Assembly (NCBI GenBank): GCA_902784285.1
Contig: CACZUL010000002.1
Span: forward strand, 1-37,821
Length of the DNA: 37,821 nucleotides
From: an uncultured Pseudomonadota bacterium
Lineage (GTDB): Bacteria; Pseudomonadota; Alphaproteobacteria; Rs-D84
Direction of reading: 5' to 3'
Shown: piece after piece, positions 7,450 to 15,949 of the stretch
How positions within the stretch are numbered: the first letter of the stretch is position 1
Layout: every line of letters starts with the position of its first letter
The notes under the pieces: model-generated
Told to the model about the DNA's origin: nothing
Database searches by the model: none
What the model saw: the letters and a program-made list of their open reading frames with translations, nothing else
Translations under genes and position numbers: made by a program

Positions 7450-8283
7450 ATGAATAACAGTATTATATTTACGGGGGACGGACAAACAACCGTCTTTTAT
7501 TTTACTTTCCCGTTTTTTGGTGTGAATGATGTGCAGGTTACTGTTGATGGAATCATTCAGACAACAGATGTTTACACAATGACACCAACACCTGCACCAA
7601 ATGATGCGGATACAGAATACACTGGGGGTACAATAGAATTTAACAATGCCCCATCCGCAGGACAATCAATCAAGATTTATCGCGATATAGAATTGGTGCG
7701 ACATATTGACTATCAGCCAACATTGCAACCGCAATCGTATCAATTAAATCAGGATTTTAACCAATGTATCGGCGCATTACAGGGATTAAAAGCAAAAATA
7801 CAAAACGCAATCGGGATGGCGAATATTCCGACCGTGGCAGATTTGTTGACTGAATTGACGACTATCCGTACGGCTTTGCCAAATTTACTGGACCAAGATG
7901 ATTTGGATACTTTGAACGATACAATTGACGATATTCAAGATGCGTTAACCGCACTAAACGGATATGATTATGTTGTGGAATCTCAATTACCAACCGCCGA
8001 TAATAATTATACATGGTACCGCAAATACAAAAGTGGCTGGGTCGAGCAGGGCGGACGCATAACGTTAAATGGTCAGATTTCTGCGAGCAACAAGCGAATA
8101 ACATTTCCAATAAAGATGTCGGATACAAAATATACGGCATGTGCACATTTAAACGCTAATGCCGGGATGCAGGCAGTGTATGTCGGGTGGGAAGGCACGG
8201 CGGGTATGTCCGTTGGCACCGCCAGCGCGTCAAGTACCGGGCAAACAACGTGGTATGTCTGTGGCACGGCATCCAACGAATAA
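7450..8283 (+). CDS. Phage tail-fibre-like protein (T7-type tail-fibre N-terminal domain, coiled-coil middle, gp53-like C-terminal domain)
   Basis: The N-terminus FTGDGQTTVFYFTFPFF..DVQVTVDG...GQSIKIYRDIE..R.IDYQ......YQLNQDFNQ follows the pattern of podovirus tail-fibre N-domains. The C-terminus has GWVEQGG...ITFPIKMSDTKYTA...WYVCG. SD aaaagga upstream. Confidence 0.6.
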   Translation: MNNSIIFTGDGQTTVFYFTFPFFGVNDVQVTVDGIIQTTDVYTMTPTPAPNDADTEYTGGTIEFNNAPSAGQSIKIYRDIELVRHIDYQPTLQPQSYQLNQDFNQCIGALQGLKAKIQNAIGMANIPTVADLLTELTTIRTALPNLLDQDDLDTLNDTIDDIQDALTALNGYDYVVESQLPTADNNYTWYRKYKSGWVEQGGRITLNGQISASNKRITFPIKMSDTKYTACAHLNANAGMQAVYVGWEGTAGMSVGTASASSTGQTTWYVCGTASNE

Positions 8284-8312
8284 AAAATCGGGACGAGTGT
8301 CCCGATTTTTTT
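8284..8312. terminator. Bidirectional terminator between convergent genes
   Basis: Stem atcgggac/gtcccgat flanked by an A run upstream and a T run downstream. Confidence 0.7.
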
Positions 8313-9309
8313 ATTTCCGAACCGCAAAACCGTTTTCGTCACGTGGGGGCATTTTATATAATTTACCAAGTTCTTTTTGAACAGTGTCATTATCGGGGGC
8401 AAATGTTATAAGTCCCGCATTTGGCGAAAATGTCAATTCGCCGAATATCAGTTCACCCGATTTGGTTTCATAAAAATCCACACGTACCAAATCAAAAGGT
8501 TTTGATAATTTTTCGGCGATTTCTAACATTTCTTTAAAGTGCCCTGGGCGTGTTTGCTCGTTCAGTACCCATCTATTGGCGTCCGCCCTGAAAAACGGCA
8601 AGCGTTTCCAATTTTTATCATAATAACATGTGCCAACACTATTATGGCCTTTGATATATGATACCAATTGAATAAATTCCACATGCCCATTAAAGCAATA
8701 TAATTTATATTCTATATCCTCACGTATATCGACCATTTCGCGTGCTATGATGATTGGCTTAATATAGTAGTATTGCATTTCACAAGCAAAATCAGAATGA
8801 TTATATAACATCCACTTTCTGATAAGGTGTTTGATTTCTGACTCCTTTACCCGTGATTTATCGTAAACAACCAAGTTTTGTCCTGATCCGGCATTAAAAC
8901 TTAAAACGAACGATTGGGGCAATTTATCCAAATTGAATTCATCGGCATTTTTATATACCGCATATAATTTAGGTAAATATTTTTTGCCAATTGTTTTTTC
9001 AACATAATCGCGAACCAAATATTTATCAGCACATTGAATTTTTAATGGGGTCACATCAAACATAGATGCCCAAATAATTTTTTCGTTTAAAGTTTCTAAT
9101 TTTTCGGTGGGCAATTTGCCAGTGTATTCAAAAAATTTATCACGTAAGAAAATATGCAACCGATCAGCTGATATGTACTTCAAAGGTACTTCATTATTTA
9201 CAACAATCTTTGTTTGTCTGTCGCATCTTTTATAACTGGCCACCTTGATTCCACATAAGTAAATATGTATACGTCCATTGGGGCAATGTTCCTTCCTAAA
9301 TATTTTCAT
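8311..9309 (-). CDS. TupA-like ATP-grasp protein (glycan/teichuronopeptide-type modification)
   Basis: ADKYLVRDYV, LPKLYAVY, FVLSFNAGSGQN, DIEYKLYCFNGHVEFIQ and YYDKNWKRLPF follow the ATPgrasp_TupA pattern commonly found in capsule/LPS clusters. Confidence 0.7.
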   Translation of the reverse strand: MKIFRKEHCPNGRIHIYLCGIKVASYKRCDRQTKIVVNNEVPLKYISADRLHIFLRDKFFEYTGKLPTEKLETLNEKIIWASMFDVTPLKIQCADKYLVRDYVEKTIGKKYLPKLYAVYKNADEFNLDKLPQSFVLSFNAGSGQNLVVYDKSRVKESEIKHLIRKWMLYNHSDFACEMQYYYIKPIIIAREMVDIREDIEYKLYCFNGHVEFIQLVSYIKGHNSVGTCYYDKNWKRLPFFRADANRWVLNEQTRPGHFKEMLEIAEKLSKPFDLVRVDFYETKSGELIFGELTFSPNAGLITFAPDNDTVQKELGKLYKMPPRDENGFAVRK

Positions 9310-9321
9310 ATTAAAAACCTC

Positions 9322-10242
9322 TTAAAATTTCATATGACGCAAATGCCACCAAAAACTACGATGTTTCCTTTTGTTATTTCGTGATCGATTTGGAATAGAT
9401 GCAATAATCATTTTGTGTAAAAACATTTCATAAAAAGCTGTTTGTCGCGCATATTTCCACCAATATTCCGAACAACGCTGGCGACCGGTTGCGTCCAACC
9501 ACGGTTTATGTGAATAAAATCCCGTGAAATGCATAATCTTGATTTCTTCACAAGTCATTTCAGGGAATAATTGCGGGAAAATATTGTATCTTTTATCAAC
9601 CAGCATCAATCGGTCTGGATGCGCCTTTGTAAAATATTGATACAATAAATTTTGGTCACAGAATCGTTTGTCCTGCACGGTTTTCCCAAATTCCAGTAAT
9701 GTATTTATTGTATTTTCTTTGCGCCATTGGTTCAGGTTTAACATAACAAACCCAGAATTAGAAACATCGTCACCCATTTCTTCAAATCCGCGGGGTGCGC
9801 CCATGGCAAGTAATTTGTCACCCATTTTCATATCAAACACTTCCGACAAATCGCAGTTCACAATTATATCCGTGTCCAGATAAATTGCGCGTGATATATT
9901 TTTCGGCAATACAATTGGCGCCAACAGGTAAAAATAGTGCGTCAATGATACGTTGCGTCCCCACATACCAATATTCTGGCCGTCCAACATAGGCATCAGC
10001 TCGGTAATATCATAAAAGAATATTTTTGCGCCCACGCCAGCCAGTGTGTTTTTTGCACGATCAAAATACGATTGGCGTTCGGTATCCGATATTGGTTTTA
10101 CAATATCGGCATACATAAAGTGCACATTTACCGGGCGACCCATTGCCATTTCAATCGCGGACATGGCGGTTACAATCGCATAAGGCAAATAATCAGATGT
10201 TGCCGCGAATAATATATCTATTGGTTTTTTATTTTTTTGCAT
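9322..10242 (-). CDS. Glycosyltransferase family 8
   Basis: YLDTDIIVNCDLSEVF (DxD), NSGFVMLNL, DQNLLY and HFTG..KPW are GT8 (LPS galactosyl/glucosyltransferase-like) hallmarks. Confidence 0.85.
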   Translation of the reverse strand: MQKNKKPIDILFAATSDYLPYAIVTAMSAIEMAMGRPVNVHFMYADIVKPISDTERQSYFDRAKNTLAGVGAKIFFYDITELMPMLDGQNIGMWGRNVSLTHYFYLLAPIVLPKNISRAIYLDTDIIVNCDLSEVFDMKMGDKLLAMGAPRGFEEMGDDVSNSGFVMLNLNQWRKENTINTLLEFGKTVQDKRFCDQNLLYQYFTKAHPDRLMLVDKRYNIFPQLFPEMTCEEIKIMHFTGFYSHKPWLDATGRQRCSEYWWKYARQTAFYEMFLHKMIIASIPNRSRNNKRKHRSFWWHLRHMKF

Positions 10243-10308
10243 ATGGAAACCCTTGGCTATACGAATACCGCCTCTAATGGGAAACCTATCATATTTTTTT
10301 ATGCAATG

Positions 10309-11451
10309 CTACATTTTTATTCTAATAAATGCCGGCAGATAATAATCCAAATGCGAGCCAATCTGAATTCCAAATATTTGAACGCGCCAACCCACAAAAT
10401 AATCCGCTGATGGCGTACGAATCGATATCAAAAAGCGGCGAATATTTGCCAAGGTCAATGGATATCTGTATCGTGTTGCACCCACCATATCGTTTGCCAT
10501 AATGCACGCGCAGAATAGTTGATCGGTGCGTGAAAAATATTTCCATTTAAACGAATAGTCTTTCTGTAATGGGGCAAACACCTTGTATAACTCATCAAAA
10601 TACTGAGATTTATATTGCCACATTATTACCCGAAAGAACCAAAAGTTTGCCAGATATACGTGATAGTAGATTTCTTCTTTGACTAAATCCAGAACGCCAT
10701 TTTTGCGCAATACATCAATTGCGGCAATACATTGCGAAGCCATTACTATCAGTCGGGCATCGCGGCGGATTGTGGACGAACCTTGGCCTTCTTCCATTCG
10801 ATAATGGACCAAATAATCTTTTTCAACCGATATGCGCTTCGCACGGGACATAACTTCGCACATAAACGGGAAATCTTGATAAGATGCGGATTTTGTTTCA
10901 CCCATTTTGATATCTTTGATAAAATCAGCGCGGTATAATGCCGCCCAAACGGATGCATGGAAAGCAACAATTTGTGGAAAATCCGCCAATGTAAATGCGC
11001 CATCAGGTGCATTAAACAGGTTCATATAGTGTAATTTCCATTTTCGGTTGATGTTTTTTTCTTTTTGAGCCAGCGAATTATAGACATAAAAACTGCATTT
11101 AACAACATCGGAATTATTTTTGACGGCATTGTTATATAATTTTTCATACATTGTTGGTTCAATCCAGTCATCAGATTCGATAATGCCAACATATTCGCCG
11201 CGCGCCAGTTCAATACCATGATTTACCGCAACACCATAACCACCGTTCGGTTGATGAACTGCGACAACACGTTTATCACGCTTTGCATATTCATCGACAA
11301 TCTGTGGACATTTGTCCGGTGATCCATCATCGACCAATATAATCTCGATGTCTGTCAATGTTTGCGCCAATATAGAATCAACACATTGATTTAAATATTT
11401 TTCCACGCCATAAATAGGAACAACTATCGATACTTTTGGTTGCTTTGTCAT
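10309..11451 (-). CDS. Glycosyltransferase family 2
   Basis: VSIVVPIYGVEKYLNQCVDSILAQTLTDIEIILVDDGSPD and IESDDW match GT2. Start placed at the ATG at 11451, which has aggaaggtg upstream. Confidence 0.88.
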   Translation of the reverse strand: MTKQPKVSIVVPIYGVEKYLNQCVDSILAQTLTDIEIILVDDGSPDKCPQIVDEYAKRDKRVVAVHQPNGGYGVAVNHGIELARGEYVGIIESDDWIEPTMYEKLYNNAVKNNSDVVKCSFYVYNSLAQKEKNINRKWKLHYMNLFNAPDGAFTLADFPQIVAFHASVWAALYRADFIKDIKMGETKSASYQDFPFMCEVMSRAKRISVEKDYLVHYRMEEGQGSSTIRRDARLIVMASQCIAAIDVLRKNGVLDLVKEEIYYHVYLANFWFFRVIMWQYKSQYFDELYKVFAPLQKDYSFKWKYFSRTDQLFCACIMANDMVGATRYRYPLTLANIRRFLISIRTPSADYFVGWRVQIFGIQIGSHLDYYLPAFIRIKM

Positions 11452-11465
11452 AACAAACACCTTCC

Positions 11466-12563
11466 TTATAATTTAATCTTGCGTATAACAATTTTGTTAA
11501 ACAAATAATGCGCTTTGTACCCGCCACGAATGCGGGATTTGTAAATTGGTGATATAATGGTGATAAATGCGCGCGTAATCGGGTATATTGGGTTATGTGG
11601 GTGTATAACGCACAACAATTTTAACCATTGTTTATTGTCAAAATAGTTTTTGTTTAATGTACCGTTGGCGTAATAATTGCGATATTCCGATGTAAAACGT
11701 TTACGGAATTCGCGTTTCGGTTCACCAGAAAGCCGGCGCAAATTCCATACGTAATTTGAGAATCTGCATTGATTTGCTATGTTCGTATATTTTTCCAAAT
11801 CGGGCATATTTTCCGCCAACCATTTGTCTGTATCGTCATGTGCATCCGATACCGCAAATACCTTGCTGTTATTTTTATCAGAATTGTTAGCATGTTTACG
11901 ATAGTGTAATACAACCTTGGGCAAATAATAAAAACGTTTTGCCGCCATAAATGTTTTGGGTTTAAATCCCATGTCTTGGAATGCTGCACCTGGGGTTGGG
12001 ACAAACCTAATATTCTTTTCTTGAAGCATTTTATTACTGTATAAGCATGTCCATATACTTGGGTGACCGGTCCAAATGATTTCTGGATTTTGTTCCGTAG
12101 GACAAAACACCTTTTCTTTTAAATCATCGGCGATACCAATTGCCCAACAAGGTGTTTCTTCTCTTGTGTCGTTGTCAAAGAACACGAAGTCGGCCTTAAC
12201 CATATCTGCTTTATTTTTCTTTGCGGCATTATATAAAGTTTCAAAGGCATCTGGTTCAACCCAATCGTCACTTTCCACGATACCAACATATTCGCCTGTT
12301 GCCGCATCCAGACCGCGATTCATCGATTTGCCGTAGCCTTCATTTTCTTTGTCAATAATAACAATGCGTTTGTCGCGTTTTGCATAATCTTTGATTATAT
12401 CCAGAGTCGAATCCGTAGACCCATCATTGATACAGATAATTTCTATGTCATCTAACGTTTGTGCTATGATACTATTTAAACATTCGCCTAAATATTTTTC
12501 TACATTATAGCACGGAACAAGAATGGATACTTTAGGTTTTTTGGTGTTTTTTTCTTCTCTCAT
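11466..12563 (-). CDS. Glycosyltransferase family 2
   Basis: VSILVPCYNVEKYLGECLNSIIAQTLDDIEIICINDGSTD and VESDDW match GT2. The ATG at 12563 forms an ATGA overlap with the glf stop and has SD aagggg upstream. Confidence 0.88.
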   Translation of the reverse strand: MREEKNTKKPKVSILVPCYNVEKYLGECLNSIIAQTLDDIEIICINDGSTDSTLDIIKDYAKRDKRIVIIDKENEGYGKSMNRGLDAATGEYVGIVESDDWVEPDAFETLYNAAKKNKADMVKADFVFFDNDTREETPCWAIGIADDLKEKVFCPTEQNPEIIWTGHPSIWTCLYSNKMLQEKNIRFVPTPGAAFQDMGFKPKTFMAAKRFYYLPKVVLHYRKHANNSDKNNSKVFAVSDAHDDTDKWLAENMPDLEKYTNIANQCRFSNYVWNLRRLSGEPKREFRKRFTSEYRNYYANGTLNKNYFDNKQWLKLLCVIHPHNPIYPITRAFITIISPIYKSRIRGGYKAHYLFNKIVIRKIKL

Positions 12564-13654
12564 GATTTCAACCCCTTGATTATTTCGAAACAACGCGCGA
12601 TTGCCTTGTCCATATCATAATATTTGTAGTCACCCAATCTACCAAAAAAATAAACATTGGGTTTATTTTCCGCTAATTTTATATATTTTTGGTAAAGTTC
12701 TGCGTTTTTATCGTTGGCAATTGGATAATATCTTTCATTTTTACCTTCTTGAAACGCCTCGGGATATTCGTAAGATACTATCGTCTTATCCGATTTATCG
12801 TTCAAGAAATGTTTATATTCTCCGATTCTTGTCCAATCATAATTACATGGATAATTCACAACCGCAACATCTTGAAATTTATCATATGGATATGTGATAA
12901 AATCGAAACGCTCGCTGCGATATGGTAATGCACCATACTCATAATTGAAAAATTCATCTATACTGCCCGACCAAAACAACCTGTTGTATTCCATGTTATT
13001 ATCAAAAGGGGTTTTTAATTTAACAGTTATATTTTTATGCTTCAATATATTCTTAACCATAGCGGTATATCCACCGATCGGTATACCTTGGTATTTATCT
13101 TGAAAATATCTGTCATCACGGGAAATATATACCGGCACGCGTCCTGATACAGATGGATCAATTTCATCTGGCGTTTGTCCCCATTGTTTCAAAGTATATT
13201 CAAGAAAGACTTTTTCGTAAATGTATTGAGCCAAAAACTGCAAATCTTTGTCGTCTTTTTTGCGTAATTCCAAAATAGGCACTTTTACATTAAGCCCAAA
13301 ATTTTCCAATAATTTTTCTTCAATTTTGTTCGCCATACTTGTTGGAAATACCGCATGCAAAGTATTCAAATTAAATGGTATCGGCACAATCTGGCCATCA
13401 ATCAACCCCTTTACTTTATGTTGATATGGGTGCCATTTACAGAAACGACTTACAAAATCCCAAACAGTTTTGTTATTGGTATGAAAAATATGGGTTCCAT
13501 ATTTGTGTACGCATATACCATCTTCGTAATAGTCATAGATATTTCCAGCAATATGATCTTTGGAATCTATAATAACAACTTGTTCGCCAGATTCAGCCAA
13601 TAAACGTGCCAATGTTACCCCAGAAATTCCGCATCCAACTATAAGATTTTTCAT
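12560..13654 (-). CDS. glf: UDP-galactopyranose mutase
   Basis: FAD-binding VGCGISG, then IAGNIYDY and KYGTHIFHTNN, and full-length similarity to Glf. Start at the ATG at 13654 with SD gagga. Confidence 0.92.
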   Translation of the reverse strand: MKNLIVGCGISGVTLARLLAESGEQVVIIDSKDHIAGNIYDYYEDGICVHKYGTHIFHTNNKTVWDFVSRFCKWHPYQHKVKGLIDGQIVPIPFNLNTLHAVFPTSMANKIEEKLLENFGLNVKVPILELRKKDDKDLQFLAQYIYEKVFLEYTLKQWGQTPDEIDPSVSGRVPVYISRDDRYFQDKYQGIPIGGYTAMVKNILKHKNITVKLKTPFDNNMEYNRLFWSGSIDEFFNYEYGALPYRSERFDFITYPYDKFQDVAVVNYPCNYDWTRIGEYKHFLNDKSDKTIVSYEYPEAFQEGKNERYYPIANDKNAELYQKYIKLAENKPNVYFFGRLGDYKYYDMDKAIARCFEIIKGLKS

Positions 13655-13682
13655 AACAATTCCTCGTGTAAATATCAATTGA

Positions 13683-13710
13683 ATATTAATAAATATATTT
13701 TAAAAGTCAA
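13683..13710 (-). promoter_or_regulatory. Candidate sigma70 promoter of the glf operon (TTGACT, 16-nt spacer, TAATAT on the minus strand)
   Basis: Read directly on the reverse complement. It lies about 30 nt upstream of the glf ATG. Confidence 0.4.
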
Positions 13711-13722
13711 ATCACAAACGGT

Positions 13723-13754
13723 AAAAAAAAATTCCGCATTTCTGCGGAATTTTT
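13723..13754 (-). terminator. Rho-independent terminator after rplI
   Basis: Stem attccgca/tgcggaat, followed on the minus strand by 9 T. Confidence 0.8.
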
Positions 13755-13764
13755 GATTTCAAAA

Positions 13765-14358
13765 CTATTCAGATGCTTTTTCATCTGAAGTTTCTTCTTT
13801 TGCCGCTTCGGCCGGTTTTTCATCGGCGGGTTTTTCTTCTGCCGGTTCTTCTTCAACCTTTTTGGTTCCGAATGTCAAAACTTTACCCGCAACCAATGCC
13901 TCGATTTCATCATTGGTACGTGCAACATAGACCTTAATCGGAACGATAACATCTGGATGTAACGCGATTTTTGTATCAAATGCACCAACAGATTTAATTG
14001 GGGCACCCAACATAACCTGGGCCGAAGAAATATCTACACCTGCGATTTCTTTTAATGTACGTGCGATGTCGCGGCTGGACACAGAACCATAAAGTTGACC
14101 TGTATCACCGGCCTGGCGAATCATATACATTTTTGCGTTTTTGACCGCATCGACTTTGGCTTCGGCTGCCTTGCGTGCGTTTTCATGACGCGCCTGAAGT
14201 TCTGCCTTTTGTGCTTCGAACAGGGCGACATTTTCACGCGACCAACGCAATGCTTTGTTGTTTGGTAACAAGAAATTGCGGGCAAATCCAGTTTTGACTT
14301 CGACTGTATCGCCGATATTGCCCAAACGTGTAATTTTTTCTGTTAAAATAACTTTCAT
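13765..14358 (-). CDS. rplI: 50S ribosomal protein L9 with acidic C-terminal extension
   Basis: MKVILTEKITRLGNIGDTVEVKTGFARNFLLP is the canonical L9 N-terminus. The last ~35 aa are an EEEPAEEKPADEKPAEAAKEE tail. Confidence 0.95.
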   Translation of the reverse strand: MKVILTEKITRLGNIGDTVEVKTGFARNFLLPNNKALRWSRENVALFEAQKAELQARHENARKAAEAKVDAVKNAKMYMIRQAGDTGQLYGSVSSRDIARTLKEIAGVDISSAQVMLGAPIKSVGAFDTKIALHPDVIVPIKVYVARTNDEIEALVAGKVLTFGTKKVEEEPAEEKPADEKPAEAAKEETSDEKASE

Positions 14359-14412
14359 TTTATCTGTCCTTATTTTGTTAAGTTAGGGATGTTTTTCATC
14401 CCAAATATTTTA

Positions 14413-14640
14413 TTAACCAATGTTGTTCCGTACGAACGGCAACAGTCCCAAATGACGTGCGCGTTTGATTGCGCGTGTCAACAAACGTTGATCTTTTTGG
14501 GAAACACCGCTAATACGACTTGGGACGATTTTACCGCGTTCGGTAATATAGTGCCCCAACATCTTAACATCTTTGTAATCAATAACCTTGCCCTTTAAAG
14601 GGTTAGATTTTTTACGATATATTGCTGCACGAACTGCCAT
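14413..14640 (-). CDS. rpsR: 30S ribosomal protein S18
   Basis: [43 protein letters not shown] matches S18. It has a TAATG overlap with rpsF. Confidence 0.95.
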   Translation of the reverse strand: MAVRAAIYRKKSNPLKGKVIDYKDVKMLGHYITERGKIVPSRISGVSQKDQRLLTRAIKRARHLGLLPFVRNNIG

Positions 14641-14978
14641 TATTCTGCCTCCTCGGTATTCTTTTTCATCATGATAGACGGGCCATCGGCCAATTTTTCA
14701 ACACGCACATTCAGATAGCGAATAACATCTTCATCGATACGGCAACGACGTTCCAATTCAGCAACGGCGGTACCCGGCAATTCAATGTTCATCATAACAT
14801 AGTGTGCCTTGCGATTTTTACGAATTATATAGGCCAAATTTTTCAATCCCCAAAATTCTGTGGATTTCACATTGCCCTTTAATTCTTTGATAATACCTGC
14901 ATATTTTTCCGCTTTTTCTTTGACCTGCGGTTCGGTCAAGTCCTGGCGAAATACCAGAACACTTTCATAGTAAGCCAT
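14640..14978 (-). CDS. rpsF: 30S ribosomal protein S6
   Basis: [14 protein letters not shown]...[19 protein letters not shown] matches S6, in the conserved rpsF-rpsR-rplI order. Confidence 0.95.
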   Translation of the reverse strand: MAYYESVLVFRQDLTEPQVKEKAEKYAGIIKELKGNVKSTEFWGLKNLAYIIRKNRKAHYVMMNIELPGTAVAELERRCRIDEDVIRYLNVRVEKLADGPSIMMKKNTEEAE

Positions 14979-15106
14979 TTTATTTCCTTTGGTTTATGTC
15001 AGCCGTTACCACCATTAGTAACAGCAGGAACAGACGCAATTATTACAATTTTTTACAAAAAATCAAGTACTTTATATTTTTTTCCATTTATAACAAATAA
15101 TACCCG

Positions 15107-15136
15107 TTGACACAGGGTTCAGAATTTTTCTATGAT
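15107..15136 (+). promoter_or_regulatory. Sigma70-type promoter (TTGACA, 18-nt spacer, TATGAT)
   Basis: Read directly. The TTG that the ORF track uses as a start codon (15107) is the first base of the -35 hexamer. Confidence 0.5.
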
Positions 15137-15160
15137 ACAAGTGTAACGAGAGAAAATATC

Positions 15161-15928
15161 ATGAATAATTTTCACAGAAACCTTAATAGAATGGCGTTTT
15201 TTACGGCGTTTGTGCTGTGTGGTTTGATACTGTTTTACCGGACATTTTTTGCGATTGCAATTGCAAATATATACCTTAATGGGATTATTATTGGAACAAC
15301 AATTTTTGGTGTAATCCTTTGTTTTATCAAGGTTTTTCAACTATTGCCGGAATATCGTTGGTTAAATGCGTATACGCGTGGGGCGCGTGGTGCGAAAATG
15401 CCACCGCGGTTGTTGCGTTCGGTTGCAATTATGTTGCGGACACGCCCGCAAAAGTTGACCGAGGGCGGCTTGCGTGGAATTTTAGATACTATTTTGGTGC
15501 GGTTGGAAGACGATAGGGAATCATTGCGGTATGTAACAAATACATTGGTGTTTTTGGGATTGCTTGGAACATTTTGGGGGCTGATACTGACAATAGGCGG
15601 GTTCGCGGAACTGATTGGAAATTTGAATTTTAATGATGAAACGGTTTTAGAAACGATGCAGGTTGGTTTGTCGCGACCGTTGGGCGGTATGGCAACCGCG
15701 TTTACAAGTTCTTTATTCGGCCTTGGGGGCAGTTTGATTGTCGGGTTTTTGTCGCTTCAGGTGCAATTGGCCCAAGGTGCGGTTTTTCATAAACTGGAAG
15801 ATTTCTTGGCGGCGCGCACAAATGTGTCGCATGTTGATATGGGGGCATGGCCTAAAATAGAATCCAGTTTGGACAAGATTACCAGTGCTGTGCGCAGTAT
15901 CGACCGTAAAACCGCAACGCAACAATAA
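15161..15928 (+). CDS. MotA/TolQ/ExbB-family proton-channel protein (orphan stator-like subunit)
   Basis: Two N-terminal TM helices, a cytoplasmic loop, then LVFLGLLGTFWGL and GGMATAFTSSLFGLGGSLIVGF, the signature TM3/TM4 of the MotA/ExbB family. Confidence 0.8.
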   Translation: MNNFHRNLNRMAFFTAFVLCGLILFYRTFFAIAIANIYLNGIIIGTTIFGVILCFIKVFQLLPEYRWLNAYTRGARGAKMPPRLLRSVAIMLRTRPQKLTEGGLRGILDTILVRLEDDRESLRYVTNTLVFLGLLGTFWGLILTIGGFAELIGNLNFNDETVLETMQVGLSRPLGGMATAFTSSLFGLGGSLIVGFLSLQVQLAQGAVFHKLEDFLAARTNVSHVDMGAWPKIESSLDKITSAVRSIDRKTATQQ

Positions 15929-15949
15929 ATATAATGAAAGAGAGAGAAA

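Noticed and set aside
7450-13654. Prophage or tailocin cluster
   Set aside because: Only one tail-fibre-like gene is present. The neighbouring genes are glycosyltransferases and housekeeping genes, with no integrase, terminase, capsid, sheath or lysis functions.
15107-15160. TTG start codon for the MotA-like gene
   Set aside because: The TTG is the first base of a TTGACA -35 hexamer that pairs with TATGAT 18 nt downstream. The ATG at 15161 lies after the predicted transcription start.
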